64,000 nucleotides of DNA. Source: Balanoglossus misakiensis (lineage: Eukaryota; Animalia; Hemichordata). Below, piece after piece: positions 10,835-23,300 of the stretch; positions within the stretch are counted from its first letter, which is position 1; the number at the start of each line of letters is the position of its first letter. The stretch is from NCBI GenBank assembly GCA_040954595.2, contig CM082577.2, positions 16,871,903 through 16,935,902 on the forward strand, written 5' to 3'. The notes under the pieces are model-generated. The model was not told where the DNA came from. It made no database searches and was given only the letters and a program-made list of their open reading frames with translations. A program made the translations under genes and the position numbers.

Positions 10835-11558
10835 GTACGTATACTCTACATTGTTATGCAAATTAGAGGTCAAACGTGAGGTGGCCATAGGTCAGGTGCT
10901 GGCTAGTATTACCCAGCACCTGTGGCCAGTGGCCAGGGCTGGCGTGATTTCACCCTCTAGCGGTGAAATACGCCCCAACTTTTGTTTATGTTGTAACTGT
11001 TGGTCTGTAGAATGAGCATGTTGCGTGCGTGACCGATGTTGCCCTACTGAGGTTTTAGGGTCAGTTCCCCACCTAGCGTGATCCACTGGCGTGGGGGTGT
11101 TCAGGCTAGAAAGGATTCGGGTAAGCGACAGACGTTTAATTTTTGTGTGGTGTATCCTTCATTTAATTTAATTCTTGGTTCTTTTAATTACATTTCAATT
11201 GATGAAGCATCGGAAGAAATTTCAATGATTTCGTCATCGTCGTCTAGAATATAGATTAATCGAGGTAATTTTATTGGTGCATTGTTGTCGTCATGTGTGT
11301 CGTCTTCATCACTGGGGGTATTTCCTCTTCCTGTGCATTGTTGTCTTGTTCGTCAGCTGCTGCAGGTTGTCTGGTAAATTCGTGTACTACTTTTTGGTTT
11401 AGGGGTAACAAAAACTAACCTATCCTAACAATTTACTTGCTCACCAAAGCAGCCGAAACAACTAGACTATATGCGAACAGCAAATCATAAAAATAGCGTC
11501 AAGGACACTGTGGTCCCATTTGAGGACATAGCACATAGCAACATAGCAATAAGCATAT

Positions 11559-12000
11559 CTGCTCTGGATGCCAAGATATGGAAAAGTAGGTCAAAGGTCA
11601 CCTGAGGTCATGCAACATTTGGGCAAGAAATTTTGACCCTATACTGGTCCATGTTCAATAAAAACCAAACCTATAGCCCTATTGGTTAGCCTGGAATTAG
11701 GTATGCACATAATTAATGAGATATGCAGGTGTCACAGGTGACCCCCAATTTTGGCTTTTCAATTTTAGTGCCAACCCTCCAAACGCCAAGTCTGTACCTG
11801 CTCTGGATGCCGAGATATGGTAAAGTAGGTCAAAGGTCACCTGAGGTCATGCAAAATTTGGGCAAGAAATTTTGACCCTATACTGGTCCATGTTCAACAA
11901 AAACCAAACCTACAGCCCAATTGGTTAGCCTGGAATTAGGTATGCACATAATTAATGAGGTAAGCAGGTGTTACAGGTGAGCCCAAAAATTTGCCTTTTA
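11559..12000. repeat. Two tandem copies of a ~239-bp unit of a dispersed repeat family
   Basis: CTGCTCTGGATGCC...AGGTCAAAGGTCACCTGAGG... starts at 11559 and again at 11798. Related sequence occurs in reverse orientation near 23271 and 24255. Confidence 0.85.
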
Positions 12001-12095
12001 TTTTTGCCCCGTTGTGCTCACTGACCAATAGACAGTCACTGTACAGGACTATTGCACAGACCAGAATTCCACAATAAGACGTGGACATAGCTTAA

Positions 12096-13081
12096 GGTAG
12101 TTGGAAAGGCTATTTTTGAAGCAAATTCTCTCAATGTTTGTGAATTTATTTTCACAAGTTAGAATAAAGATAATGACTTGAAATTTGCAGCATGTATTCT
12201 TAACAAACTAAAAAGTGAGGGAAAAATATGACTGTAAAAATATCTGCTAAAATTATGAAATTTGATACGCCTAAATATAAATATTCATAATTTTACAAAA
12301 TATTGATTGAATCTTGACATGTTTTCACAAATTATTGAATAATTTGTATTCATTTTAATATTAAGCAACCCCTCCAGCAATGTACGGGACACTTTCAGCA
12401 TAAACTTATTTTTTTCAAAGTTATCACTCAGGAAAACACAGTTTTTGTTGATATTTTGTATACAACTTTAACGTGCTGCCAAAACACAACGGGAAAACTT
12501 ATGAAAAAACTGTCCCATAAAATTGTTCTTTGGGATGTCCCGAGCCTTTCCTGAAAAATTCATGATAAAAAAAATATCTGGCATACCAATTCAATCACAA
12601 ATAAAAACCATTACATTATGGCGAAGGGCAGAAAAGTAGCGAAATACGCAAAGTTTAGCGGCAGTTCACGGCGAAGGATCGCATTTATCTGGGTCAAACG
12701 CTTTTCCGCTGGCCTTTCGGGTTCCCTAGAAATGCAAAAATGTCCATAATTTGGTAGCCTTTAATAAACAAGCAAGGTTATCTATCGCTGAAAATTGCAA
12801 GAATCGGTGTTTGCAAGTTACATTTAAATGCCCTTGGCTAGGGGAACCCGTCCTTGTGTGCATAGCCTAGGAGAAGTCTTCCCCTAGAGGGCGCTCAAAT
12901 AAGGCTCCCTAGCTTCATTGCCAGATGTATGAAATTAGGTATCATAAAACCAGCCATATCTTGTTACACGTTTATTGCCCCGAATTTTTCATAAGTTTAA
13001 TTGTTCTCTAATACATTTCTAGATATAAATTCAGTGTTTTTAAATGAAATTTTAACTGACGCCCTAGCCTTTCCAACTACC
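12096..13081. mobile_element. Non-autonomous DNA transposon with TTAA TSD (Kolobok-like termini)
   Basis: 17-bp perfect TIR GGTAGTTGGAAAGGCTA with TTAA on both sides. Confidence 0.85.
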
Positions 13082-13299
13082 TTAACCATAGAGGTATAAG
13101 TAAAGGTATAAATTTAATAAAAAGACTAAAAAATTCATAAAAAATAAAACATCCATGATATCCACTGAACACTTACAGGTCGGTGTGAGGTTGACATAAG
13201 GTACATGCATACCTATTTTCAAAGCAATCTGACCAGTAATTGTTGACTTACAGAGTTTTGATCAATTTCACATTTTACAAGCTAATTTGCATATTTTTG

Positions 13300-15986
13300 G
13301 GCCTGGCAACTTGGAAGTGGCACCCGAAGACAAGCGTTATCAGTGACTAAGGCTGTGTTGTCCTCAGCATATTGCAACAGTTTAACTGAATGTGGATAAC
13401 CAGGAATGTTAAAGCCCTGACTTTTTTGCTCTGCCTGGATGACTGCGGCAAGCGGCTCAATAAACAAAATATAAAGGATAGGAGAAAGAGGACATCCCTG
13501 ACGGACACCCCTCGCATCATTCACAGGATCAGTGAGAAAACCGTTAACTAAGAACGAACTGGAAATATCAGTATAAAATATATGCACCCAGTCCTGAAAA
13601 ACTGGGCCGAAATAAAATTTCAAAAGAACTCTGTGCCAAAACGTCCAGTCAACTGTATCGAAGGCCTTTCGCTGGTCCAGCGAAATGACAGCACCCTGAC
13701 TACCACGTGTGTTACAACGATAGATAAAGTCATGAACAATATGTAAATTATCAACGATGGACCGACCCTTGACCCCACAGGTCTGCAATGGGTTAATAAT
13801 GTCAGGTAAAACGGAACTAAGGCGATTACATAATACTTTGGCGATAATCTTCACATTCAAAAGAGAAATTGGGTGCATGTTCTCAGGCCGATATGGTCCC
13901 TCAACATCTTCAACAGAAGAGGACTTACTCAAAAGGGTAACAATGGCCAACCTCTGTGACCCCCCCCCCCCCAAAAAAAAAAAAAAAAACGTTTTTCGGC
14001 CAGGATAATATTGCATACCTGAAGATAGATGGAGCCAATAAAGTCCCATAGCCAAAGATAAAATTCCTTCTTGAACCCATCGGACCCCGGGGCTTTACCA
14101 TTCTTCATACTCTTCAATGTGGAGGTCAATTCCTCCAAAGTAAAGGGGCGTCCAAACAAGCCTACTGCTGCTTATCTAACGACCTCTCTAGCTTAGAAAA
14201 AAAATCCTGTATTGGGTGTGTCTGATTCTGACAAAAGACTGGAAAAATAATTACGGATGACTGAAGAAATGCCCTCTTGCTCCGTGTGCACTTTCCCTTC
14301 TTCGCCAAACAAACTGGACAAACTCTTGTTGCAGCTCTCGTGCGCTCACGCGCAAAGAAAAAACGCGAACATTTTTCGTTGTGCTCCTGCCAAAGCGCAC
14401 GAGAGCGGATCTTAGCACCTGCAAGTTTCTCCTACGTGAGCTTGTTAATACGATCTTTAATGGCGTTATAACTATTGATAATGAAGCGGGAATGCTTTCC
14501 TGAGTTTAGAGACGATGTTATGTCTTGTAGCTGCGTAAACAAGGAAGAGAGCAGAAATTTCTTCTTACGAGCAACTCGCCGGGAGTGTTTTTAACAACGG
14601 CCTTTATACGTGTCTTTACCATGTCCCACCAATGGGACAAATATGGGAAAGCCTCCTGCAGGGTGACCCAATGGGAGATGTGTTACCGGATTTCGTCAAC
14701 GACCGAGGGATCAGTCAAAATTGAGAGATTACACTTCCAGACACCTTGGCCTCTGCGAGGCACCTGACCGCCTCTTAAACACACCGTACACATGTCATGG
14801 TCAGACATAGAGCAAGGAACAATACTGGACGAGGTTTTAAACGCACCAGACATGTAAAAACGATCAAGACGACTACCAACCGAACAAGAACGATTACGCC
14901 ATGTATATTCGTGTAGGTTTTCATGCTGACAGCGCCAAACATCAAACAAGCCGTAATCAGTACATAACTTAAAGGCACATAAGCTGCAACTTTTGGGATA
15001 ATTGTCATAATTTTTGTTTCAAAGTCTACTACCATTAGTCTATGCATATGAAGGCAGTGAACTATACACAAACATTATAAACCCTAAATATGAGTGCATA
15101 TGCAAGTTTTAACCAGATAAATAATAAAGCTTTACCGCAAGCGATTATGGCCGTCACCGTGGGAAACTGCCAGAAACAATGAAAATATTGCATTTCCGGT
15201 TATGAAACTTCGTTCATAAACAAAACATGATCTCATCCACTTGAGCTCATGGAAGTAAATGTACACTGCTGAAACATTATATTTTCCTTTTTCATTGCAA
15301 TATTGCACTTTTCTAAAAATTGCAGGAATTTTCGTTTTTCTTTAATTTTTGGCCATTTTGTCATAAATAAGTGTTGAGCTTGATATATTATCATGAAATA
15401 TCATTTAATAGATCTAATTAAAAGCATATATGAGATTATTTAAAACTTTATTTTGTTATCCAGTTGCAGCTCATGTGCCTTTAATATGCAGAACTTCACT
15501 ACCCATGAAGCAGGTTGTATTCGAAGCGGACCCCCCAAACGGATCAACAGGAGAAGAAACACAATTAAAGTCACCACCCAAAATAATATTGCTATGGCTA
15601 CCGATGAAATCAGATAAACCGGAAAAGAAATTAATCCTACCTGAAGGACTATTAGGCGCATACACATTAACTAAACGGCAAGGAAAGGAACTTCAAGAGA
15701 CAGTACCCGCCACCAGACGCCCATCCACATCTGAAGTAAAATCCTGCAGGGAAAAACCCGATGACGGAGAGATCAAAATGCCCACTCCCCTGCTGCTATT
15801 GGACCAAGCTCCAATAATTGGGGCCTCGCCACTCCCTTCCCACATTGCCATCTCACTAGAAGAACTACAATGAGTCTCCTGCAAAAAGATAATATCAAAC
15901 TTACTGTCTCTAAACGAAGCGAATAAAGAGTTACGCTTAACAGAATCCTTCAAGCCATTAACATTAATGGAACATAAATTCAACAT
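13300..15986 (-). mobile_element. Decayed Tx1/L1-clade LINE ORF2 (APE endonuclease plus RT), truncated after the YADD-type motif
   Basis: SINVNGL, IFLQETH, VYAPN, ILGGDFNC, SRLDRFY, SDHD, KAPGSDG, PISLLN, SLDQRKAFD, GVRQGCPLSP and QYAED in order, with many frameshifts. Confidence 0.92.
14973..15480. mobile_element. 508-bp MITE with TTAA TSD (Kolobok-like) inserted in the LINE endonuclease
   Basis: 19-bp TIR AGGCACATAAGCTGCAACT (1 mismatch). Removing the element and one TTAA restores the frame SEVLHIKLCTDYGLFDVWR. Confidence 0.92.
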
Positions 15987-16439
15987 AGTAAAAAGAAGAA
16001 AAAGACAACAGGCCATCAAGAAACCAAAACACAAATCAACAAGTTCAGATATTCACCTTGAAAATACATGATATATGGGAGTTCCAACGTTTTCTTTGAT
16101 AAGACTCATCGTGGCTTAAAGGTTCAGTCCAAACGCAGCGACACCTTAACTTATTTGGAAACAATCAATGTTTGTCTTAATATTCATGATTGCATGACTA
16201 GTTCTCTTTTAATACGTTTTAAATAATTCATGCCAGTTACACTCGAGTGTAACCTTGTAAAAGTGTTTACCATCTTAAGATCCGGCGTGATTTTATTCGG
16301 AATACTGTTGTATTTCTGTGATGGTTATCTTCATTAAAAAACATATTTACATAAACTTAACGTGGTGTTCACAGATTTTCATTATACACACACAGGATAA
16401 TCCAACGTTAATTTTGAAACGAGGCTTCCGATTGCTTGC

Positions 16440-16850
16440 AAGGTCACATGGCCCAATCGAGGGCTTAGGGGTTCTTCTTCCCTTGAATGCAAAAGAAAAT
16501 ATCTTGGCTCCGAATTATACACCGAAAATTCGGTCCATGAAAGCCCTGCTTGGCATATGGTCTATGAAAAATCTTTCTCTCGACGAGATAATTGTTATTC
16601 TGAAGAGCTCACCTATATCCAAATTTACATATCTTACTTCTGTCTTACCAACCCGCCAAACGAAACTATTGACGAAATTAATACTATTGTTTTCAAATTT
16701 GTGTGAAATAATAAAGGAGATGGAATAAAAAGGAACATCCTTATGAATAACAAAGAGTATTGAGGATTAAATGCTCCAAATTTCAGAGCGACATGTATGA
16801 CAATGAAGGTTCGATGGGTCAAAAGGTTGATTCAAAAAGACAATGATAAT
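16440..16850 (+). mobile_element. Old fragment of a second L1/Tx1-like ORF2 (post-RT region)
   Basis: LGIWSMKNLSL...ILKS.PISKFTYLTSVLP, then GLNAPNF and KVRWVKRL in shifted frames. Confidence 0.65.
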
Positions 16851-19800
16851 CAAATATTTCGATTTTCAGCCATCTTTTATCACTGTTGGGTGGTTTCCTT
16901 TTATTCAAGTGTAATTTACATATCAGTCACATCCCAGTTTCTTCTAAGGATTATCCGTTACTCTATGACATTATGTACACATCCTGTAAACTAATTTCCA
17001 GAAATGGCCATGCTCACAGGCCGATCGCATTGTTGGAATAATTCTGATCATGCGAGATGTGAATATTTCTATAGACGTCATTTAACAGAGTCCGAGTATC
17101 CTTCCACGTTACACCTTCACGTTTGCCAAATAATTCCGCATTAATATAGTGCCAACTTTTATCGTTTGAAGTTGATGTTGGCAAAATCATTGCAAGAACC
17201 AAGTGGATATGGACCAAGTGATGTAACGGTCTCGGGAAGTCCCATAGACAGTCTGGGGAAATCTCATAGGAATCCCGTAGGAAAATCTCCGAGTCGCGAG
17301 AAAATGGATGCGAAAAAAAAATGCGTGATTCACATCGGATACGCGAAAATTCATCGTCCCGTAACGGTTGCCTGCTTTGCTATAGCGAAAACTTCCAGTC
17401 GCGAAAATGTCCCGGTTTACACTTTGTAGTTGACATGGAAGCAGGCCAGTTCCAAGCAGAAGTCGACATAAGCGCTGCGCCCCCATTACATTTATCTTAC
17501 ATAGTAGCGTTACATACATACATCGTGTTTTTCATATAAAAGTGGTATAAGCTGACATAGCTACAGACAATATATGGTTTGACTTCCCCCGATGCATCTA
17601 TCATTACACACTGACACCAACGTTGAGCACAGGGTCACACTACTTTGAACTTTCGCATGCATATTCAACCCTTACGCTCAATTTATGTTTAACGTTTCGG
17701 TCACGCACTAGCACCAGTATTTCCACTAGAAGATGACTACTGAATATTTTCTTTGGATAAAATGTGTTCTTGCATATGTTTTGACATCTGGTGGAGTCTG
17801 TAATGCTATAGCGGGTGAGTACATCTTCCTTTACACGATCGATGTTTGGTATATCTGTTGAATTCAGTTTCTAGCCGTCAACGATTACGCATGTCTTTAT
17901 TAATACCCTGATCAAATATACATGAGACTGCCAAGGAGAGACGTATTGCCGAATTATCGCTCGCGGAAACGGGTGAATATTGTTCAGCATCACTTCGCAT
18001 TTGTGAATATAATCCGAAAGACGACAAAAATGATCAAAACTTGAGTACAACGGGAGAAATAACGTCTTATGCTATGTGCATATAACTTTATTACCTCAAC
18101 AAGTCGGTGTGCGGTTACATCACCCGGTATATATGAGGCTTGCCAGCCGAGCTGGTTACTTAGGATCTGCCATGAAGTTTGTCACAGCTGCTTTATTCTG
18201 ACACCGTTATCAATACTAGAGATATGACCAATTTCACTTGAATGCAAGCGCCTTGTGGTGAACCAAGATCATAACAACAATTGTTAAAGTTTAGTTTTTG
18301 TTAACACGGCTTACTGTCGTGTGGAAATAATTCAGAGAAGGTGTTTGGTGTGTTTCAGCTGCCTATACAAGCACAGTATAACATAGATTCCATGACCACT
18401 ACTTGTAATTACCAAGTTAACTTTCGACTGACCTCGGGATTTAAGTTTTGGAAACATTGGTATATGTGCAGAATAGCCAGACGGAGCTAAAATTTCCCTT
18501 TGTGTAAAGTTCGGCGTCTCACTGGAACCTAAGCAGTGGAAATTAAACACTTTTTATAGGCTAAGGAGGTCATACATTTGAATGTATGTTATTTCCTTTC
18601 ATGAGCGGAGAATGATGGCATCCTCTGGGTCTTGGGTTCAAAAGTCGCGTCGGAGAAAAATGATCCCGCCCGTAAATGTAACGGATACCTTCATCTGTGT
18701 TGGTCAGATTTATACTATAAACTTTTATCGCTTTACCACACGACACTGTACAACTGTCTTAACAAAGGAGATAAACATTAATTACTCACCAGGCAATGTA
18801 CACGCCTAATAATTATCTGCAACTGGCGGGCCTGCATACTCTGACACTGAGTGGAGGGGAGGGGTCTTATGACTCATAGATACAAATACGGTCTTGTATA
18901 ATAATAATAATTTTATTCCACTTGCACTACAGGCCTCCAGCCCAATGTACTGGAATATTTTAAATACATTTCAGGAAAAAAATAAAATGTTACAGAACAC
19001 AGTGACCTTGAGAGTGTTAAGATTTGCAGGGGGTTTCTTTTACAGGAAGTCAGTTCGCCAACTCCTTCCTTTTGTTAAAGGCATAAAATAAGTAAAGGCT
19101 TAGCTTTCTTAAGATATTCGGATTTTGTGTTGACATAATTTGCATAATTTTATCAATTTTAAATACGGTCTTGTCCGATCCTATGTTTGAATTTTGGCGA
19201 TCGGTTTGCCTTGAATTTTATAGGAGCGTTTGATTTGACCTTTTTCACATCTGTTAAATACAATGACAGAAGTCCATGACTTCTGCACATGATCTGTGCC
19301 GTTCACGTGTGGTATTGTTTATTCAGTGCTGTCATGAGGGCCGCAGAATAACATGCACCACGAACGCTAATCTAACTTCTGTAAGAAACAGAGATCATGG
19401 AGACTCTGTTATTATTGCACGTTACCATATAGTTGGTATTTGTTTCGATCTTGGCGTCTTGATATTCGGAACAGTGACGCGGCAGTGACGTGCACAGCCC
19501 AGACGGCCGTTCATTTGCCAAGTTACGCGGCTTTTGTTATGCAAATTTGGGTCATGTTGGGTCACCTCATCAGTGGTTTGACCCAGAGTAATATTCGAGA
19601 ACCCCGGCGATAGGAAGAGATGTGCGTTAATTGTAAGGTTTCCGAATATACCAACAAATAGATATTCTCTCCGTCTGACGAAAGACAGGAAGGACTGTAA
19701 ATAACTTGTCAAAATATCAATATTCACCACCTTTCGCTGATCGTGATTCTTGACTCCAGCTTCCATGGTGTTCAATACGTACCAGATAAAATTAGTTCCC

Positions 19801-20364
19801 TGTTCTTACATTTGAATATTTACTCATGAAATACCGAAATTATTTTAATAACCACGTGAACGGAGAAAACTGTTAGTGCATGTGATGTATAGATGAAGTT
19901 TGTTTTACTTGTATATGCATTGTTCTTGATGGAAAAGGAATTGTCCATTTTAACATTTTAACAAGGACTATTTTATCTCATTTGCACATCACCTGTAGAA
20001 AATGCTGGTTGTATTTTGTCGACAAGAACGACGTAACAGGCGGTACACGTGCAATGCTATTTTGTATTGGTATGCCAAGTAGGGAAAGGAAAAGGCCAAA
20101 ATTCCTAGTAAATATCCCGACAAACTCAAATATCAAGTGAAATACAGTTATTGTCGACATATTTTTAATGGGACTGCAATGGAAAAATAAAGCATAATAA
20201 AGCTTTTTGGCTGAAGATAAACATTCCACAGTTTACCTCACTCGCGAATGTAAAATTACAGTTGTGCTAATTTAAGCAATTAGGATTTCTAAAGATATTT
20301 GGTTTTGTCGAGATAATGTCGTTAACTAGTGACAGTTTTTTTTTTTCGATCCCTTCGATATAAG

Positions 20365-23300
20365 GTGCTGCGGCGGACAGTGTTCGGTTGGTGAACGGAG
20401 CCAACAAATATGAAGGAAGGGTAGAAGTATATCGCCCTGAAGCTGGTTGGACGCCCGTCTGTCTGTGGATGTGGGATTTGCTTCGCGCAAACATTCTTTG
20501 CCGGGAACTGGGTGAGGATGCATGCCCATGTAAAGGGGCAAACGGTCTATTCTGAGCAATAATATATCGTCATTGTTTCAAATATGTATACCAAATTGTG
20601 ATTCTGTGGCAATTTCCCATCCAGTTGACGATCAGTCGATGTTAGTGCGTAAATAGTTTGGACTGTCGGAAATCAATCTGTTTTAACACAATTGGAATGT
20701 AGAATTTCGGTTGAGTTTTATAGCTATATATCAGTATTCTTACGTATTATGCACAGTTAACCACTAAAAGAGAGGGTATATGAGTTAACTATATACACAC
20801 CACCTATGTGAACATGTCAATGTTATTTTTTGTGTTTGTGGTTTCGTCATATGTCAAACATGTCAAGTTTTGAAGGCCGTTTATGAAAATTATCATATGC
20901 CTATATTCACGTGCCCATGTAAAGTCTATGGGGAAAAGCGCCCTCACATCCATGCAGTTTTTTTGCTTATCACGCCCCGGCCCGGTGACCATATTTGGAA
21001 GACGCGTTCAATATCCGGATCTAGTTTTGTGTTTATTGCGCGAGATTCGAAAGTTGTTGTTGCTACGTTCTGAATTAAATTTTTCTGGTGCGGTGTCAGT
21101 GACTAGTGCACTTGCAGTGTGTGTATGTCCTATGCCGCTACCGAATCCCATCATCTCCCGTAATCGCTGCATGTTGTAGAGCTTTATTTGGAAATATGAA
21201 TAGTAAAATTGATGATTTGATCTGATTAATGTGTGACTGTCGGCGTCGATCGTCGCGAAGAAAAAATAATGTTTTGCTCGCGCTCGGCTCTGTGAGTTCG
21301 AGCGCGTCTATATCTCACGTGCAATAGAATGTAAACAAATGACATCGTGCATATCAATCCGCAAGAACTGGAGGAATGCGCCTCTATGCTACGGGATAGA
21401 TCATTTCAAAACGATAGATAAACACGTAATATTTACATTCCAAAATATTACAGAATGTGTATTTTATTAGTTTCTTGTAGATTATCGTTCAATAAGGCAT
21501 ATGATAAAACCTTTACGGCCCTGATACGGGTTTTGCGGCCCTCGGTCGTACGGCGATTCGCGCCCTCCCTGCGGTCGGGCGCTTCCGCCGTACGACCTCG
21601 GGCCGCAAAACCCGTATCAGGGCCGTAAAGATTAGAATTATATACAAGTCTAATGAATACCGAGAATAAAAATATAACTAAAATAGTATTAGAGGGGTCG
21701 GTTTCACATCTTCACTTGCAGGACGGCCAGGTGCCATGTTAAATGGTGCATCGTTTACAGTCTTCGTCGGCGATGGCCGTCCACGCATAGTAATAACTAG
21801 TTGCGACGAAACTGAAGACTCCATAGCCAACTGTGAATACCGTGAATTATTACCGGATTGTCCTAATTCAGCGACAGCAAAGTGTAATTGTAAGTATGAC
21901 GTAGACTATATGTGACAATCGAAGTGTGACACGTGACGTAAATGTGACTCATGACACTGTGATATTCATTTGTAACATGATCTCCGTACAGTTGTAATGG
22001 AATCCGGTTTTGTAACTTGATGCTTCGCTTGAAACTTAAGTAAATTCCTATGCCAAAGAAACTTTATCATTCAACGCCTTTATATTTTTATAATTATCAA
22101 AGAGTGTGAACCATGTAACTATCAATGAATACCAGATTTTACAGAAATTACATGCATTATGTTTAGAGACATCTAAATGTGTTGAACATACGTTGCTATT
22201 TCCCATGGAATTTTAACACATTTACAGTTTGCCTGCTCCTCCAAGCGGACACCCTATGCAGGGCAGAACTGAGAAGTAAACAAAAACTGGGGGGGGGGGT
22301 GAATTGGGATTTGGAGGGATTGTGCCATAGCGTCATACGTTTTCAATTCTTAGGGACCGTTCAGTTTTTACGGCCGGGGGGCCCGGCAAAATCCAGGGGG
22401 GGGGGGTTAGGGTCACTTAAATTTTGAAGTCCACAAGGGGGGGGGGTCATCTGGTTTTTTTAAACGTTTAGGGGGGGTCACATACTTTTGCCACCGAACT
22501 TTTGCTTTTGAGTCCACAAAATTGCAGTTTCGCACCCTTTATTTTACAAAATTTCTAATGTGGGAGGGGGACACCCCCTCCCACACCCATCCCCTTCATT
22601 CTCCGCCGCATTTCATTTTTGCTGGTTTGTCTAGTGTACCAGGGCAGAGTGCTTGCCACCCCAACCCCACCGATGATAATATTTAACAAAGTGAATACAT
22701 AAAGGAGGATAATTGTTTAAACCATTATTCATAACTGATAGTTTCGCTCTGCATCTTCTATATACTAGAAGTTTTATAAATGATGTCATGACAAGATGAC
22801 GCCAAATCTTCTAACTTTGAGTGGAGTGGCAAAAAGTAAAATTTGTCTTCCCTAACATTGAGTAAATTTGCTTTTGAGTTCATTAAATTGCAACTTTGAG
22901 CACCGTATTTTGCAAAAATTTCTTATGTGGGAGGGGGACACCCCTGTTGCCGTTCAAATGTTTCTATCTAGACCCGGCTACACTGGTTAACATTCAATGT
23001 AATGCGGCAGCGGACTTTGACCCTCAGTCGCTAATGTGGCCGAAATACGTCAGCAGACCAATGATTTTCTTGCACGAAGGGAGTATGGTACCAGCAATAA
23101 TCAGAGATCAGGCTTCTTTGCCGTTCAACAGTTCCTACTTCAGTCGTGACGTTGCAACTGAACGTTCAGTATGGGGGTTGGCCCGCAGGTAGCCGTGGGG
23201 GTTATCAGGTCGCCCGTAATGGCACGCAGCTTCATGCAGCTGTATGGGACCAAAATAATACGCCCGATTCGGGGGTCACCTGTGACACCTGCGTAACTCA

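Noticed and set aside
11559-12000. Repeats as a possible CRISPR array or prokaryotic system
   Set aside because: There is no repeat-spacer structure and the context is eukaryotic. No cas, rRNA or tRNA genes were seen in the window.
19276-19780. Candidate first exons of the SRCR receptor (for example METLLLLHVTI)
   Set aside because: Stops occur in every frame tried and no consistent splice path was found.
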